From a virus (taxonomy: Duplodnaviria > Heunggongvirae > Uroviricota > Caudoviricetes): a stretch of 64,000 nt of DNA. The notes beneath the pieces were generated by a model that was given only the letters and a program-made list of their open reading frames with translations, did not search any database and was not told the DNA's origin. The DNA lies in IMG/VR virus record IMGVR_UViG_3300047550_004303, one strand, 5' to 3'. The translations under genes and the position numbers were made by a program. Shown piece after piece: positions 46,245-55,371 of this stretch (its first letter is position 1; every line of letters starts with the position of its first letter).

Positions 46245-47879
46245 ATTTAGCACTGCAAAGAAGGGTAATGGTTGTATAAACTCATCGTGGTCACTAATTC
46301 TTTCTTCTAGATTGTAATGATAATCACCCAACACCTGAAACATTCTTACTGATAATAGTGATGCCATTACTAAATCATCTGTTTCACCTGTCTTTGCTTC
46401 ATAACTTCCACCTAATGCCACAAAAGTTTTGCATTCACTGATTAAACTTTTACTATTGATTTTTAGTTTTTTTGTTTCAACTAATGTTTTAAATTTAGCA
46501 CAAGCGGCTAATTTTACTTTATGAGTTGTATTGAAGCCCTTACGTTTTTTTCCCGGCTCACTTAAAAAGACACCAGGAATGTTTGATTCTCCGTATTCGG
46601 TTAATGAAATCAACGCAGCTTCCCCTATACTATTGTTTTCAATTGAATAATAAATGCTGTCTGGTTCGTTAGTACATTCTGCAATATATTTGTTTATCTG
46701 TGCTAGTAATTTTATTTGATTTGGGATATCTGTTTTATTATGTTTCCATTCACCAATTTGTGTAGTGGTGTTTGCTTCATAGATTTCTATTGCTGCAGGG
46801 TCTGATCCAGTACCTAAGCTAGGATCTAAAGCCACAGTATAGATATTTCCCTTTTCTGGACGTTTATACCAACGAACTTGTCCCATTCTACTGACGGGTT
46901 CTATACCATTTAAATCAACTAATGTAGTTGGTGATATCAATGTTTCTTCTGCAATAACGAACTCACATCCTATTTCTCGTCTAAAGCGTTCTGTACCAAG
47001 TTGAGCTTCCATTTCTTTAGCCCATTTATCATCTCTTCCTGGTTGTTCACTCCAATGTGCTTTATATGCTTTAAAACCATTTATTCCTAATTCTGTTTCG
47101 TTACCATATTCATCTTGACATTTGTTTGCTTGTTTCCAAATTAGTGCAAATTGATCTTCATCACTATTTGGTGTGCTTGTGATTATTGCTTTACCACCTG
47201 TTGCCAAAGTAGGTGTAATAGAAGTCCAGAATAATTCAGCAATGCTAGGTCTAACGAATGCAAATTCGTCCAAGTATAATAAGGAAATAGCCATACCACG
47301 ACCTGTATTTTCAGTTGTTGTTGCTGAAACTATACGAGATCCATTCTCAAAATCAAGAGACCCTTTGTTATAAGTGGTAACACCTGCTTTGATATGATCA
47401 GGGCAATTTTCATATGCATACCTGATACGTTGCATTATTTCTTGAGCACCAGTATACTTATGTGCTGCAATTAATATTGTTGAATCAGGCACAAACATTG
47501 CATACCACAGTAAGTAGCCAGCTGCACTAGTTGACTTTCCGCTTTGACGAGGCATCAAACTAATGCTAAATCTATATTTGTGATATGTTTCTATAAGCCT
47601 CTCTTGGTAAGGCCACGGATGATACAACATGCTACCTCGTGTAGGATGTTGTATATAGAAAAAGTTATCCATAAAATATAGATAACCATTTATTGGATCA
47701 CAACACTTTACAAAATCATCCAATTCTTTTTGTGTTTTGAATATTGTTTTTGTATAAGGTGTTTTTACTAAAGTAGATGTTCCACTCATAAATTTATTTA
47801 TTGAGTAATTATTTGCTGAAGGGATTTTCGCCTGTAATATCTGGTTGTGCAAACCAAAGTTTAAACCATTCTTTATCAC
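46242..47879 (-). CDS. terL: terminase large subunit (gp17-like)
   Basis: Walker A MPRQSGKST, an ATPase domain, then a nuclease domain. The listed start is GTG. An internal ATG (MSGTST) has CAATAAATA upstream. Confidence 0.8.
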   Translation of the reverse strand: MIKNGLNFGLHNQILQAKIPSANNYSINKFMSGTSTLVKTPYTKTIFKTQKELDDFVKCCDPINGYLYFMDNFFYIQHPTRGSMLYHPWPYQERLIETYHKYRFSISLMPRQSGKSTSAAGYLLWYAMFVPDSTILIAAHKYTGAQEIMQRIRYAYENCPDHIKAGVTTYNKGSLDFENGSRIVSATTTENTGRGMAISLLYLDEFAFVRPSIAELFWTSITPTLATGGKAIITSTPNSDEDQFALIWKQANKCQDEYGNETELGINGFKAYKAHWSEQPGRDDKWAKEMEAQLGTERFRREIGCEFVIAEETLISPTTLVDLNGIEPVSRMGQVRWYKRPEKGNIYTVALDPSLGTGSDPAAIEIYEANTTTQIGEWKHNKTDIPNQIKLLAQINKYIAECTNEPDSIYYSIENNSIGEAALISLTEYGESNIPGVFLSEPGKKRKGFNTTHKVKLAACAKFKTLVETKKLKINSKSLISECKTFVALGGSYEAKTGETDDLVMASLLSVRMFQVLGDYHYNLEERISDHDEFIQPLPFFAVLN

Positions 47880-48105
47880 CAGGACGAATATTATGTTCGC
47901 GCATATATTCTGCTTTTTTAGTAGCTAGAGCAGAATCGGGAGTTTTTCTTGTTTCTCCCGTAATTTTTCCATTACCACTCAAACGTTTTAACTCATCTAA
48001 TGTCATATCTTTTTCAAGAGCAGGTTTGTACTCCTTCATAGATTGATATGCGTTTTGAAGTTTAGATTGTTTAAATGGATCAAACATTATGTTATTTCTT
48101 GCCAT
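47809..48105 (-). CDS. hypothetical protein (possible small terminase subunit by position)
   Basis: 98-aa ORF immediately upstream of terL. No motif. Confidence 0.35.
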   Translation of the reverse strand: MARNNIMFDPFKQSKLQNAYQSMKEYKPALEKDMTLDELKRLSGNGKITGETRKTPDSALATKKAEYMREHNIRPGDKEWFKLWFAQPDITGENPFSK

Positions 48106-49589
48106 TCAATACTTGCATATACAGTTTGATTTTGACCAGTAGTTGCCATAGTTATTACATACTCATAGGCTACACCAGTAAAGGGCTGTCTTTCAAGTTG
48201 ATATACAAAAGTGAAGCCTTCTTGTGTGGGTGCTGCTGTGCTTTGATTAGTAGAGTTCAAGAATGACTGTTCTGCAATATCACCGGAGACTAGTGCAGTA
48301 GGACCAAGATTGTATTGCACTGAACTATCTGCGGCTGAATCTACCCAAGAACCACCTGATGTTATTGCTCTTTTATATATTCTATATTGGAATATGCTAG
48401 CTGCCGTAGGAACCAAAGAGTAGTTCATAGGTATTACTACCGCATTTAAGTTTGTACTCTTTAATCTGATAGCGATTACAGGTTTAAAACTATTATCGTT
48501 GGGTAATGTTACAGGAGATCCAATCAAATGAGATGCCGCTCTAGGATTACCCGATCCTGCTAACTGAAACCCACCTTCGCTAATAACTGAACTACAAATC
48601 TGCGTCATCGTACTGGTGCCTGTAGTAGCACCAGTGTTAGTGATTTCATACCGAATAGGCAATGTCGCGGTAGTCATATAAACTTTAGTATTTCCGGTTT
48701 GATTGGCGTGATTAAATTGATGGCAAATAATATAAGCACCATTAATAATAAATCCAACACGGACACTGCCTACACCAAGCCATTCAACATCTGCAAACAC
48801 AATCTGTGTGCGATCTGGATATAATGTATAGCCAGAAGGATTATTTGCGCCACCTGCACCATTCAATCTATCACCGTTCCACGCATCTTGTCTTACACGT
48901 TCTTCTACACCAGTTGATCCGGAACGAATAACAAAATAGTTGTAGGTACCATCATTTTCAAAGAATACCCCATCATTGCTATCAAACAATCCTACACGCT
49001 GACGCAAATTTGTCTTTGGTGTACTCATACAAAATGTATTAAGTGTGAGTTGACTCTTTCCAGGTTGATATGGGAATGGTTTTAGTGTTTCTCTTATAAC
49101 ACTATCGCCTGATGCTGAACCTACATTGAGTTGATAACTACTTTGATTTTGTACATAAACCACATTACCTGTGCCAGAAATATTTGAAGCAAACTGTCCA
49201 TGATCATAATAACGAGCTTGAGTATCAAACAAGGTATAAGGTTCTGATACCCTTAATCTACCAAATGCATCTGATGTTGCCCCACTAAAGCCTGAAATAA
49301 TTACGTTAGCATCACCATTAAGTGTAGCATTGACATTACCAGAAACAATCCACGGATCTGTTCCTTGAAATACAGTAACGTTACCACTATCAATGGTTAC
49401 TGGAAGAGTTGTGCCTGAGATGTCAACATTACCTAATGACCCTATAGCAACGTTTCCTACGCTGACGTTACCTATTATAGATGCGTTAGTACGTACAAAT
49501 ACATTACCAGTAGCCTCATCTAATTCTAGGGCTTGATTTATATTTCTCAAGTACCATGGTGCTACTTCAGTTGGTTCTGGAACTGCCAT
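48087..49589 (-). CDS. putative virion structural protein
   Basis: 500 aa, Gly/Asn/Ser/Thr-rich with GNV(S/A) repeats. Confidence 0.5.
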   Translation of the reverse strand: MAVPEPTEVAPWYLRNINQALELDEATGNVFVRTNASIIGNVSVGNVAIGSLGNVDISGTTLPVTIDSGNVTVFQGTDPWIVSGNVNATLNGDANVIISGFSGATSDAFGRLRVSEPYTLFDTQARYYDHGQFASNISGTGNVVYVQNQSSYQLNVGSASGDSVIRETLKPFPYQPGKSQLTLNTFCMSTPKTNLRQRVGLFDSNDGVFFENDGTYNYFVIRSGSTGVEERVRQDAWNGDRLNGAGGANNPSGYTLYPDRTQIVFADVEWLGVGSVRVGFIINGAYIICHQFNHANQTGNTKVYMTTATLPIRYEITNTGATTGTSTMTQICSSVISEGGFQLAGSGNPRAASHLIGSPVTLPNDNSFKPVIAIRLKSTNLNAVVIPMNYSLVPTAASIFQYRIYKRAITSGGSWVDSAADSSVQYNLGPTALVSGDIAEQSFLNSTNQSTAAPTQEGFTFVYQLERQPFTGVAYEYVITMATTGQNQTVYASIEWQEIT

Positions 49590-49599
49590 AAATTACTCC

Positions 49600-50145
49600 T
49601 TAATTAAAACCTGAAGTGCCTGTATTAGCATGTGGCATACCTAATTCAGAAACACTAAAAGTTGCATTACTTGCACTGGCATTTATAAAACTAATTACAT
49701 TGCCTTGACCAACATATACGTCATTTAATACAGTATTACTCGGTACGATGCCACTTGCTCTTGGACAATTACTACTATCTAACACATCATCAACATAAGG
49801 AACACCATAAGGTGTAAATTTATATGCTGCTGAACTTATTGCAACATTTGCATTTGCAGTTAGTGTCAAACTTGTAGCATTTGCAATGCTAGCAACTATT
49901 CCTACTGTAACACCAGTTGAATTTCCTATCCAATAACCAACACCTAATTGATTAACAAAATCACTACTAGTGCCAGTTACAGTTTTACTATTGGTAGCAC
50001 ATACTACAGTACCATTGCCTGAAACATTCGGAAACCCGACTCCAAATAATATTGGATATGCTGTCGTTGCAATTCTTACTTTGTCTGTTGCTATATTAGC
50101 TGAGACATTGGCGGTACCTGATGAATTATAAACATATGTTGTCAT
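49600..50145 (-). CDS. putative virion structural protein
   Basis: 181 aa, S/T/N/G-rich. Confidence 0.45.
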   Translation of the reverse strand: MTTYVYNSSGTANVSANIATDKVRIATTAYPILFGVGFPNVSGNGTVVCATNSKTVTGTSSDFVNQLGVGYWIGNSTGVTVGIVASIANATSLTLTANANVAISSAAYKFTPYGVPYVDDVLDSSNCPRASGIVPSNTVLNDVYVGQGNVISFINASASNATFSVSELGMPHANTGTSGFN

Positions 50146-50196
50146 ATTTTTTTCCCGATCACAACTTATATTTATGCTTCTATGAAAATAAAAAGT

Positions 50197-50886
50197 CTAC
50201 TTGATATCCAACGCCATCTTTTTAGTTGCTACTATGCAATAGTATTTTTCTTTAAACTCTTTCTTACCATCAATCTCAGCTTCTAACTTTAAATCAAAAT
50301 CTAGATTATTGAAGTGATCAATTTGAAATCCGGTTCGTCTCAACAATGCATTCAATTGATTATGACCTAAAATACTATAATGATTTAAATTGAATTCATG
50401 ATTTCGTTCGCAATTTGGTTGAGGGACTTCTATATAAATTTTACCCCCGCTTTTCAAGACTCTGTTAAATTCTATCAATGAAAAAATAGGGTATGGACTA
50501 TGTTCTAACACATGACGTGCAAAAATAAAATCAACACTTTCATCATTAAACCCATCTTTTTTAGGTAAGAAACTGAAATCATATTTCTTTATAGTGTGAC
50601 CTTTTGATAGGCACTGCTTGACATCAGGATCGCTTAAAGTAATACCTATGCAGTTGGTGTAACCACGTGATTGCATTATGTCTAAGAAATATCCTGCTCC
50701 GCAACCCAAATCTAAAATTTTTGAGTCTTTATCTAGGTTAAGTGGATCAACATATGTCTTTACCATTTGTTCAGTTAAATCTTTATGGTATCTACTTTCA
50801 CCTTCTGAATAAATGTGCGTTGAATAAATCCACTCATGATATAATTTCAACTTTAATAAATCTGTTATGTTATTTGTATCGATCAT
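50197..50886 (-). CDS. class I SAM-dependent methyltransferase
   Basis: Motif I ILDLGCGAGYF and post-I acidic residue. Confidence 0.65.
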   Translation of the reverse strand: MIDTNNITDLLKLKLYHEWIYSTHIYSEGESRYHKDLTEQMVKTYVDPLNLDKDSKILDLGCGAGYFLDIMQSRGYTNCIGITLSDPDVKQCLSKGHTIKKYDFSFLPKKDGFNDESVDFIFARHVLEHSPYPIFSLIEFNRVLKSGGKIYIEVPQPNCERNHEFNLNHYSILGHNQLNALLRRTGFQIDHFNNLDFDLKLEAEIDGKKEFKEKYYCIVATKKMALDIK

Positions 50887-50936
50887 TTGTATCCTACATC
50901 ATTTGATGTAAGTACTTATAAAAGTTGAAGTCTATA

Positions 50937-51308
50937 TTATTTTTTCTTGTAGCCCTTAAATGGCTTAACAACACTTTGTGTATTAGTTGATTTTAACTCT
51001 TGGCTCCGCATGTCACCGTGATTATGATCTTTATGTGGAATACCCACTGCTTTATATGCCAATTTGAGCATATCAGATTCTACCTCTGAATATGGATGTG
51101 CTGTATTATATTTTGCATTCCAACTTTCACCATCCATATCTGGCATTGTAGTTCCATCTGTTGATGCTACTGCCATCATTACTCGGTTTAAATCATATCC
51201 ACGATCATAATTTGTATCGCTAAAAGTATGAATGCCTCTGGTTGCCATACGTTGTCTGTTGGAAAGTTTTCCCTTTTTTTCTTCAAATACAAATTCATCG
51301 GCTCTCAT
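50937..51308 (-). CDS. internal-protein-like small protein (CTS-like N-terminus)
   Basis: N-terminus MRADEFVFEE resembles the T4 capsid-targeting sequence MKTYQEFIAE. C-terminus KPFKGYKKK. Confidence 0.4.
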   Translation of the reverse strand: MRADEFVFEEKKGKLSNRQRMATRGIHTFSDTNYDRGYDLNRVMMAVASTDGTTMPDMDGESWNAKYNTAHPYSEVESDMLKLAYKAVGIPHKDHNHGDMRSQELKSTNTQSVVKPFKGYKKK

Positions 51309-51706
51309 TTTTTGTATCCTTTGAAGGGTTTTATCGGAGAGGTTTTATCAACATCATCTAATTCTTCACTTCCTGGCGAACTTACCATAGTTTTACCTTT
51401 TTTGCCGATTTTTTTCAAAGCCTGATCAATTACCTTACCTACATCCTTATCAAAACTACTTACAACCTGTTTTTCATTCCATAATGTCTCAGCTTCAAAT
51501 TTTGGTTTGAAGTTATTTACACCATCATCTATGCTTGTTCCTCTAACATCAGCTATAGCAACACCAAAACGATACAAATCATAGAAATCTTGGTTTTTCA
51601 ATTGATCTACAGTATAAGTGTAGGGTAATGTTTTAGCAGCAACATCTAATCCGTCGTGGATGCCATCAAGTGATGTTTGTTCAGTAATAAATTCTTTTGC
51701 TCTCAT
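51305..51706 (-). CDS. internal-protein-like small protein (CTS-like N-terminus)
   Basis: N-terminus MRAKEFITEQ. C-terminus IKPFKGYKK, shared with the neighbouring gene. Confidence 0.4.
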   Translation of the reverse strand: MRAKEFITEQTSLDGIHDGLDVAAKTLPYTYTVDQLKNQDFYDLYRFGVAIADVRGTSIDDGVNNFKPKFEAETLWNEKQVVSSFDKDVGKVIDQALKKIGKKGKTMVSSPGSEELDDVDKTSPIKPFKGYKK

Positions 51707-52713
51707 GTTGGTTCAACCAGTAGTTGTGAATAAATGGTATGCGTTAAATTATTAGAAGTGATTGGATTACATAATATTCGTAAATTTGAACCAGATATAG
51801 CCATATCATATCTACATATTGGAGTTCCTATAAATGTTGTGCCATACGCAGAAAACACAACACTACTATTGTCATTACTTATCTGTGCTGATAAAGTAAT
51901 GTTTTGGCTATTAGCAAAGTTATCTTTGCTTCTAACTGTAAACATTGCACTATTAAAGTTAGATATTTCAGTATCAAATATAATTTGTCCAGGGGTATTA
52001 CCTGTAGTATTAGCACTTTCTGGTACACTAGCGGTATTGAATAACGTTGTAAAATTGTTGTTGATCTTACCGAAAGCAGTTCTTAGTGGATCACCTGTAC
52101 CATCGTTGGGCAATGCACCAATATTGATTATTTCTTGTGCATTAGTAGCCGGGGTCGATAATAAATCAAAAACGACTGGATCTGATACAACCATTGAAGT
52201 TTGTACTGTGATTTCAGTTTGGCTTACTAATGGTTCTGGGTCTAATACTTCAATTGTTATTTTGCTATTCAATAGATCAAAAATTTGTTGGAAATTATCG
52301 TTGATCTTAAGAAAAGCTTGATGCCAGTTATCCGCATACTTTTTACCTAATATTATTGGTTGAAAATTTACATTACCCAACCCCTCTATCGAAGAAACAA
52401 TATTACGTACATTTGCAAAATTATTATTTATTTTGGTAAAAGCAACCATAAAACTGTCACCTTTACCATCGTTAGGTAAAACACCTGTACTAACTAGTTC
52501 AGGTTGTAATTCTGTAGTACCAAAATATAAATTAAAAAAGTTAAACAATAACACAAAATTATTGTTTATCTTATTGAACGCTAATCTAAATGAATCACCA
52601 GTGCCATCGTTGACCGACACACCTGTGTTTATATATTCGGCGATTAATCCATTTGGAAAGTTAGAAAGAGCATTGTATATGCTCAATGTGGTATTTGATT
52701 CTTGAACTGACAT
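51703..52713 (-). CDS. structural protein with tandem G(A/V)LPNDG(T/K)GD..R.AF.KIN.NF repeats
   Basis: Three full and one partial copy of a roughly 55-aa repeat. TGATAAATAC lies immediately upstream. Confidence 0.5.
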   Translation of the reverse strand: MSVQESNTTLSIYNALSNFPNGLIAEYINTGVSVNDGTGDSFRLAFNKINNNFVLLFNFFNLYFGTTELQPELVSTGVLPNDGKGDSFMVAFTKINNNFANVRNIVSSIEGLGNVNFQPIILGKKYADNWHQAFLKINDNFQQIFDLLNSKITIEVLDPEPLVSQTEITVQTSMVVSDPVVFDLLSTPATNAQEIINIGALPNDGTGDPLRTAFGKINNNFTTLFNTASVPESANTTGNTPGQIIFDTEISNFNSAMFTVRSKDNFANSQNITLSAQISNDNSSVVFSAYGTTFIGTPICRYDMAISGSNLRILCNPITSNNLTHTIYSQLLVEPT

Positions 52714-52719
52714 ATTGCG

Positions 52720-52728
52720 TATTTATCA
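52720..52728 (-). promoter_or_regulatory. late-promoter-like motif TGATAAATA
   Basis: 7 nt upstream of the ATG of ORF 51703..52713. Confidence 0.3.
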
Positions 52729-53001
52729 TTTTTTAGATGATACGCTGTCCATTATCTTTTTCTGCTGAATATACCATTCTTGCCAAGAGTTGACTAACTC
52801 ACTACAACTATAATATTTGGTATAATTTCTAGTCATAACTTTCAAGAAATCACTTAATATTACCTTTTCTTGGTCAATTGTTTCCAATTGTGGACATTTT
52901 TCCATTAATAATGGAGGTACATCAGGAAACTTTTGTTTGACTGGTACAGTAGTTGAACAACCCACAAGTAACACTGCTATGATAAGTATGGACCACTTCA
53001 T
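52726..53001 (-). CDS. o-spanin-like outer-membrane lipoprotein
   Basis: Signal peptide and lipobox LLVGC, a Pro-rich region and two further Cys. The start overlaps the upstream stop (ATGA). Confidence 0.45.
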   Translation of the reverse strand: MKWSILIIAVLLVGCSTTVPVKQKFPDVPPLLMEKCPQLETIDQEKVILSDFLKVMTRNYTKYYSCSELVNSWQEWYIQQKKIMDSVSSKK

Positions 53002-53459
53002 TTATTTTCTTCTTTTTGATTGTCAGGAGCAACATTCTTTGCTGCTAAGTTATGTACCTGAATCACACTATTTGGTATTTCACATATGTTATTAATTTTG
53101 ACGATTTCTCTGTCAATATATTTGATAACATCTTCACCTTTTTCTTTGATAATTTCGCGTTTCGTTACAAATTTTGTTACTACTTCGGTGTTTACTTTTT
53201 GTCCTTCTGCTTCAGCTTCTTTTAGTTTGACTTCTAATTCTGCAATTTTTAGCTTGTATTCTTTTTCAGTTTTTAGTTTTCCCTGATTGTATAACCCAAC
53301 GCTAAAAAACAAGGCGCCCATCACAATGATGGGCAACATTCGTTTTTTTACAAAAGGGATAAAACGTAATAACAAACCAACTATTAGTAGTAATACCCCT
53401 GCAGTAACGATTAGGTTAGAAATTATTTGCGAAAGGTTAAATAGTGTGAACATCAACAC
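52998..53459 (-). CDS. i-spanin-like membrane protein
   Basis: N-terminal TM segment(s), then the coiled coil KLKIAELEVKLKEAEAEGQK. The first 40 aa form a second TM helix; this may be a separate holin-like peptide or an alternative start. Confidence 0.4.
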   Translation of the reverse strand: MLMFTLFNLSQIISNLIVTAGVLLLIVGLLLRFIPFVKKRMLPIIVMGALFFSVGLYNQGKLKTEKEYKLKIAELEVKLKEAEAEGQKVNTEVVTKFVTKREIIKEKGEDVIKYIDREIVKINNICEIPNSVIQVHNLAAKNVAPDNQKEENK

Positions 53460-53749
53460 TATTTATACTTTAAATTGTAAAATATGTTTGTTTGCTCATC
53501 AAAATAAGCAACAATATTTAACCTAACAGAAAGAGAAGAAACGTCATGAAATGAATGAATTGTAATGTCTGGTTTACTATTTTCTAAAACAAATTTACCT
53601 AAATCACTTTTGGCCCATTCACGAATATGACCGTTAATTTCTTCATAGTCTCCGAAAAAAAGTCTAAATTCTGCAACTTTTACTTTTTTATTGTCGGTAA
53701 CTCTGAGAGGTGTATTTTCATACGGCCATCGTTGCTTTAAGAGCGCCAT
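53459..53749 (-). CDS. hypothetical protein
   Basis: 96-aa ORF overlapping the td 3' end. Confidence 0.35.
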   Translation of the reverse strand: MALLKQRWPYENTPLRVTDNKKVKVAEFRLFFGDYEEINGHIREWAKSDLGKFVLENSKPDITIHSFHDVSSLSVRLNIVAYFDEQTNIFYNLKYK

Positions 53750-54629
53750 GACTTTGGTATCCTTCTAAACAAATATCGTTCATTGTCATTTCAAAAATGT
53801 TTGTCTTACATGTATTTAATAATAATTTTGGTAATGGATATTCAGTTCGTGACAACTGTTCTTTTACTTGCTCAATATGATTTTTGTAGATATGTGTATC
53901 ACCTGTACTAATAACAAGTTCACCTACACTGTATCCACAATGATGTGCTAACAAATGTGTTAGTAATGCATAACTGGCAATATTGAAGGGCAAGCCAAGA
54001 AAAACATCCACACTTCTTTGATACATGTGGCAACTCAGTTCGTTATTTTTACTTACATAAAACTGACTCAAAACATGACACGGTGGTAATGCCATTTGAT
54101 CTAGTTCACCTGGATTCCATGCACTTAAAACATGTCTACGGCTATATGGATCTTTTTGTAGTCCATTGATCAATTCTTTGAGTTGGTCGGTTTCTTTGAT
54201 ATGAATTGACCCACCGCGATTGTACTTACTGCCAAAGTCATCTGTAAATGTTTCTTGTTTATGTACAACTGGAGTTTGCCAATGACGCCACTGAACACCG
54301 TATACTCTGCCTAAATCACCAGAATATTTGACTTTGTTTTTCCAATAAGGAGCTAGTGCATTTGGTGTCCAAATTGTAACAGTACCTTCTTTGGTGCCAT
54401 GTGTAATTTCAGCTAAACGACGTTCATCTCCGCTACCTTCAATAAACCACAACAATTCACCAACCATTGCTTTAAATGCAAGCTTTTTAGTAGTAATTGC
54501 AGGAAACCCTTGTCTTAGGTCAAAACGTACTTGCCTAGAAAATACACTTAATGTGCCCACTCCTGTACGATCTTCTCTTTCTTCACCGTTATCTAAAATG
54601 TCTTGTAGTAAATTGTGATATTGCTTCAT
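53718..54629 (-). CDS. td: thymidylate synthase (ThyA type)
   Basis: RTGVGT, PPCH active-site Cys and the HLLAH region. Uninterrupted 303-aa ORF. Confidence 0.85.
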   Translation of the reverse strand: MKQYHNLLQDILDNGEEREDRTGVGTLSVFSRQVRFDLRQGFPAITTKKLAFKAMVGELLWFIEGSGDERRLAEITHGTKEGTVTIWTPNALAPYWKNKVKYSGDLGRVYGVQWRHWQTPVVHKQETFTDDFGSKYNRGGSIHIKETDQLKELINGLQKDPYSRRHVLSAWNPGELDQMALPPCHVLSQFYVSKNNELSCHMYQRSVDVFLGLPFNIASYALLTHLLAHHCGYSVGELVISTGDTHIYKNHIEQVKEQLSRTEYPLPKLLLNTCKTNIFEMTMNDICLEGYQSHGALKATMAV

Positions 54630-55078
54630 TTTCTTTTGTAAATTGTATATGTATGATCAGAATGTGTTTCTGTATATGAAGGAACAAATTCTTTCTTCAA
54701 TTTTACTAAGTCAATGAATGTATCAGCAACGTAATCGGCAAAAGTCTCAGTAAGATGTACTTCATGTATTAGATGCCAACTTGAATTTACAACTTTAGCA
54801 CCTCCTATCAACCAAACATCACTTAAATCCATCTTATCAACTTCAGGTAAGCCCATTAGTGTTGTAACACCTTTGATGTAAGATGTTGTTACTACAACGT
54901 TAATTCTGTTAGGTAGTGGTTTTACGGGTAAACTTTCATAAGTATTTCTACCCATCATTATAACTTTACCGGTAGTAAGCTTTTTGAACCTAGCTAAATC
55001 ACCATCTAGTTTTTCCCATGGCAATTTATTTTGATACCCAATGCCTCCATTGGGTGTACATGCGATTATCAATTTCAT
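54626..55078 (-). CDS. frd: dihydrofolate reductase
   Basis: IIA...GGIG..N.LPW and MGR.TYES motifs. Coupled to td by an ATGA overlap, as in T4 frd-td. Confidence 0.8.
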   Translation of the reverse strand: MKLIIACTPNGGIGYQNKLPWEKLDGDLARFKKLTTGKVIMMGRNTYESLPVKPLPNRINVVVTTSYIKGVTTLMGLPEVDKMDLSDVWLIGGAKVVNSSWHLIHEVHLTETFADYVADTFIDLVKLKKEFVPSYTETHSDHTYTIYKRK

Positions 55079-55371
55079 AAGTTTTTCAGCAATTCATCAG
55101 TTGACGGTTGAACCGCATCAGCAATGTTTTGAACATTTAATATAAATTCTACACTAACTAGAACATCATCCAATTCATATAATTTTCTGTTGATTACTTC
55201 TTCTATTTGTTCTGGATCTAGTCCTTGGTTGAATAATTTTTCAATGTTCAATGATTGTTGTTTTTTTCCTTGTAGTTTAATAACTAGTTTTTTAATGAAT
55301 TGAATGGGAATTTTTTGCTTATCTACATCATGTAGAATATGTTCCCATTTTGCACTAAATTCCGGAGACAT
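55075..55371 (-). CDS. hypothetical protein
   Basis: 98-aa ORF. Confidence 0.4.
   Translation of the reverse strand: MSPEFSAKWEHILHDVDKQKIPIQFIKKLVIKLQGKKQQSLNIEKLFNQGLDPEQIEEVINRKLYELDDVLVSVEFILNVQNIADAVQPSTDELLKNL

Noticed and set aside
47790-47825. An apparent one-base discrepancy between my reading of the printed sequence (ctgagggatt) and the supplied translations of ORFs 47801..48046, 47809..48105 and 46242..47879, which require ctgaaggg.
   Set aside because: Most likely my own transcription or counting slip, because flanking coordinates (46242, 47877, 48105, 49589) are all consistent. It is not evidence of a programmed frameshift.
53718-54629. Possible group I intron in td, as in T4.
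   Set aside because: The thymidylate synthase reading frame is continuous (303 aa) with all conserved blocks in order. No intron-sized interruption is present.
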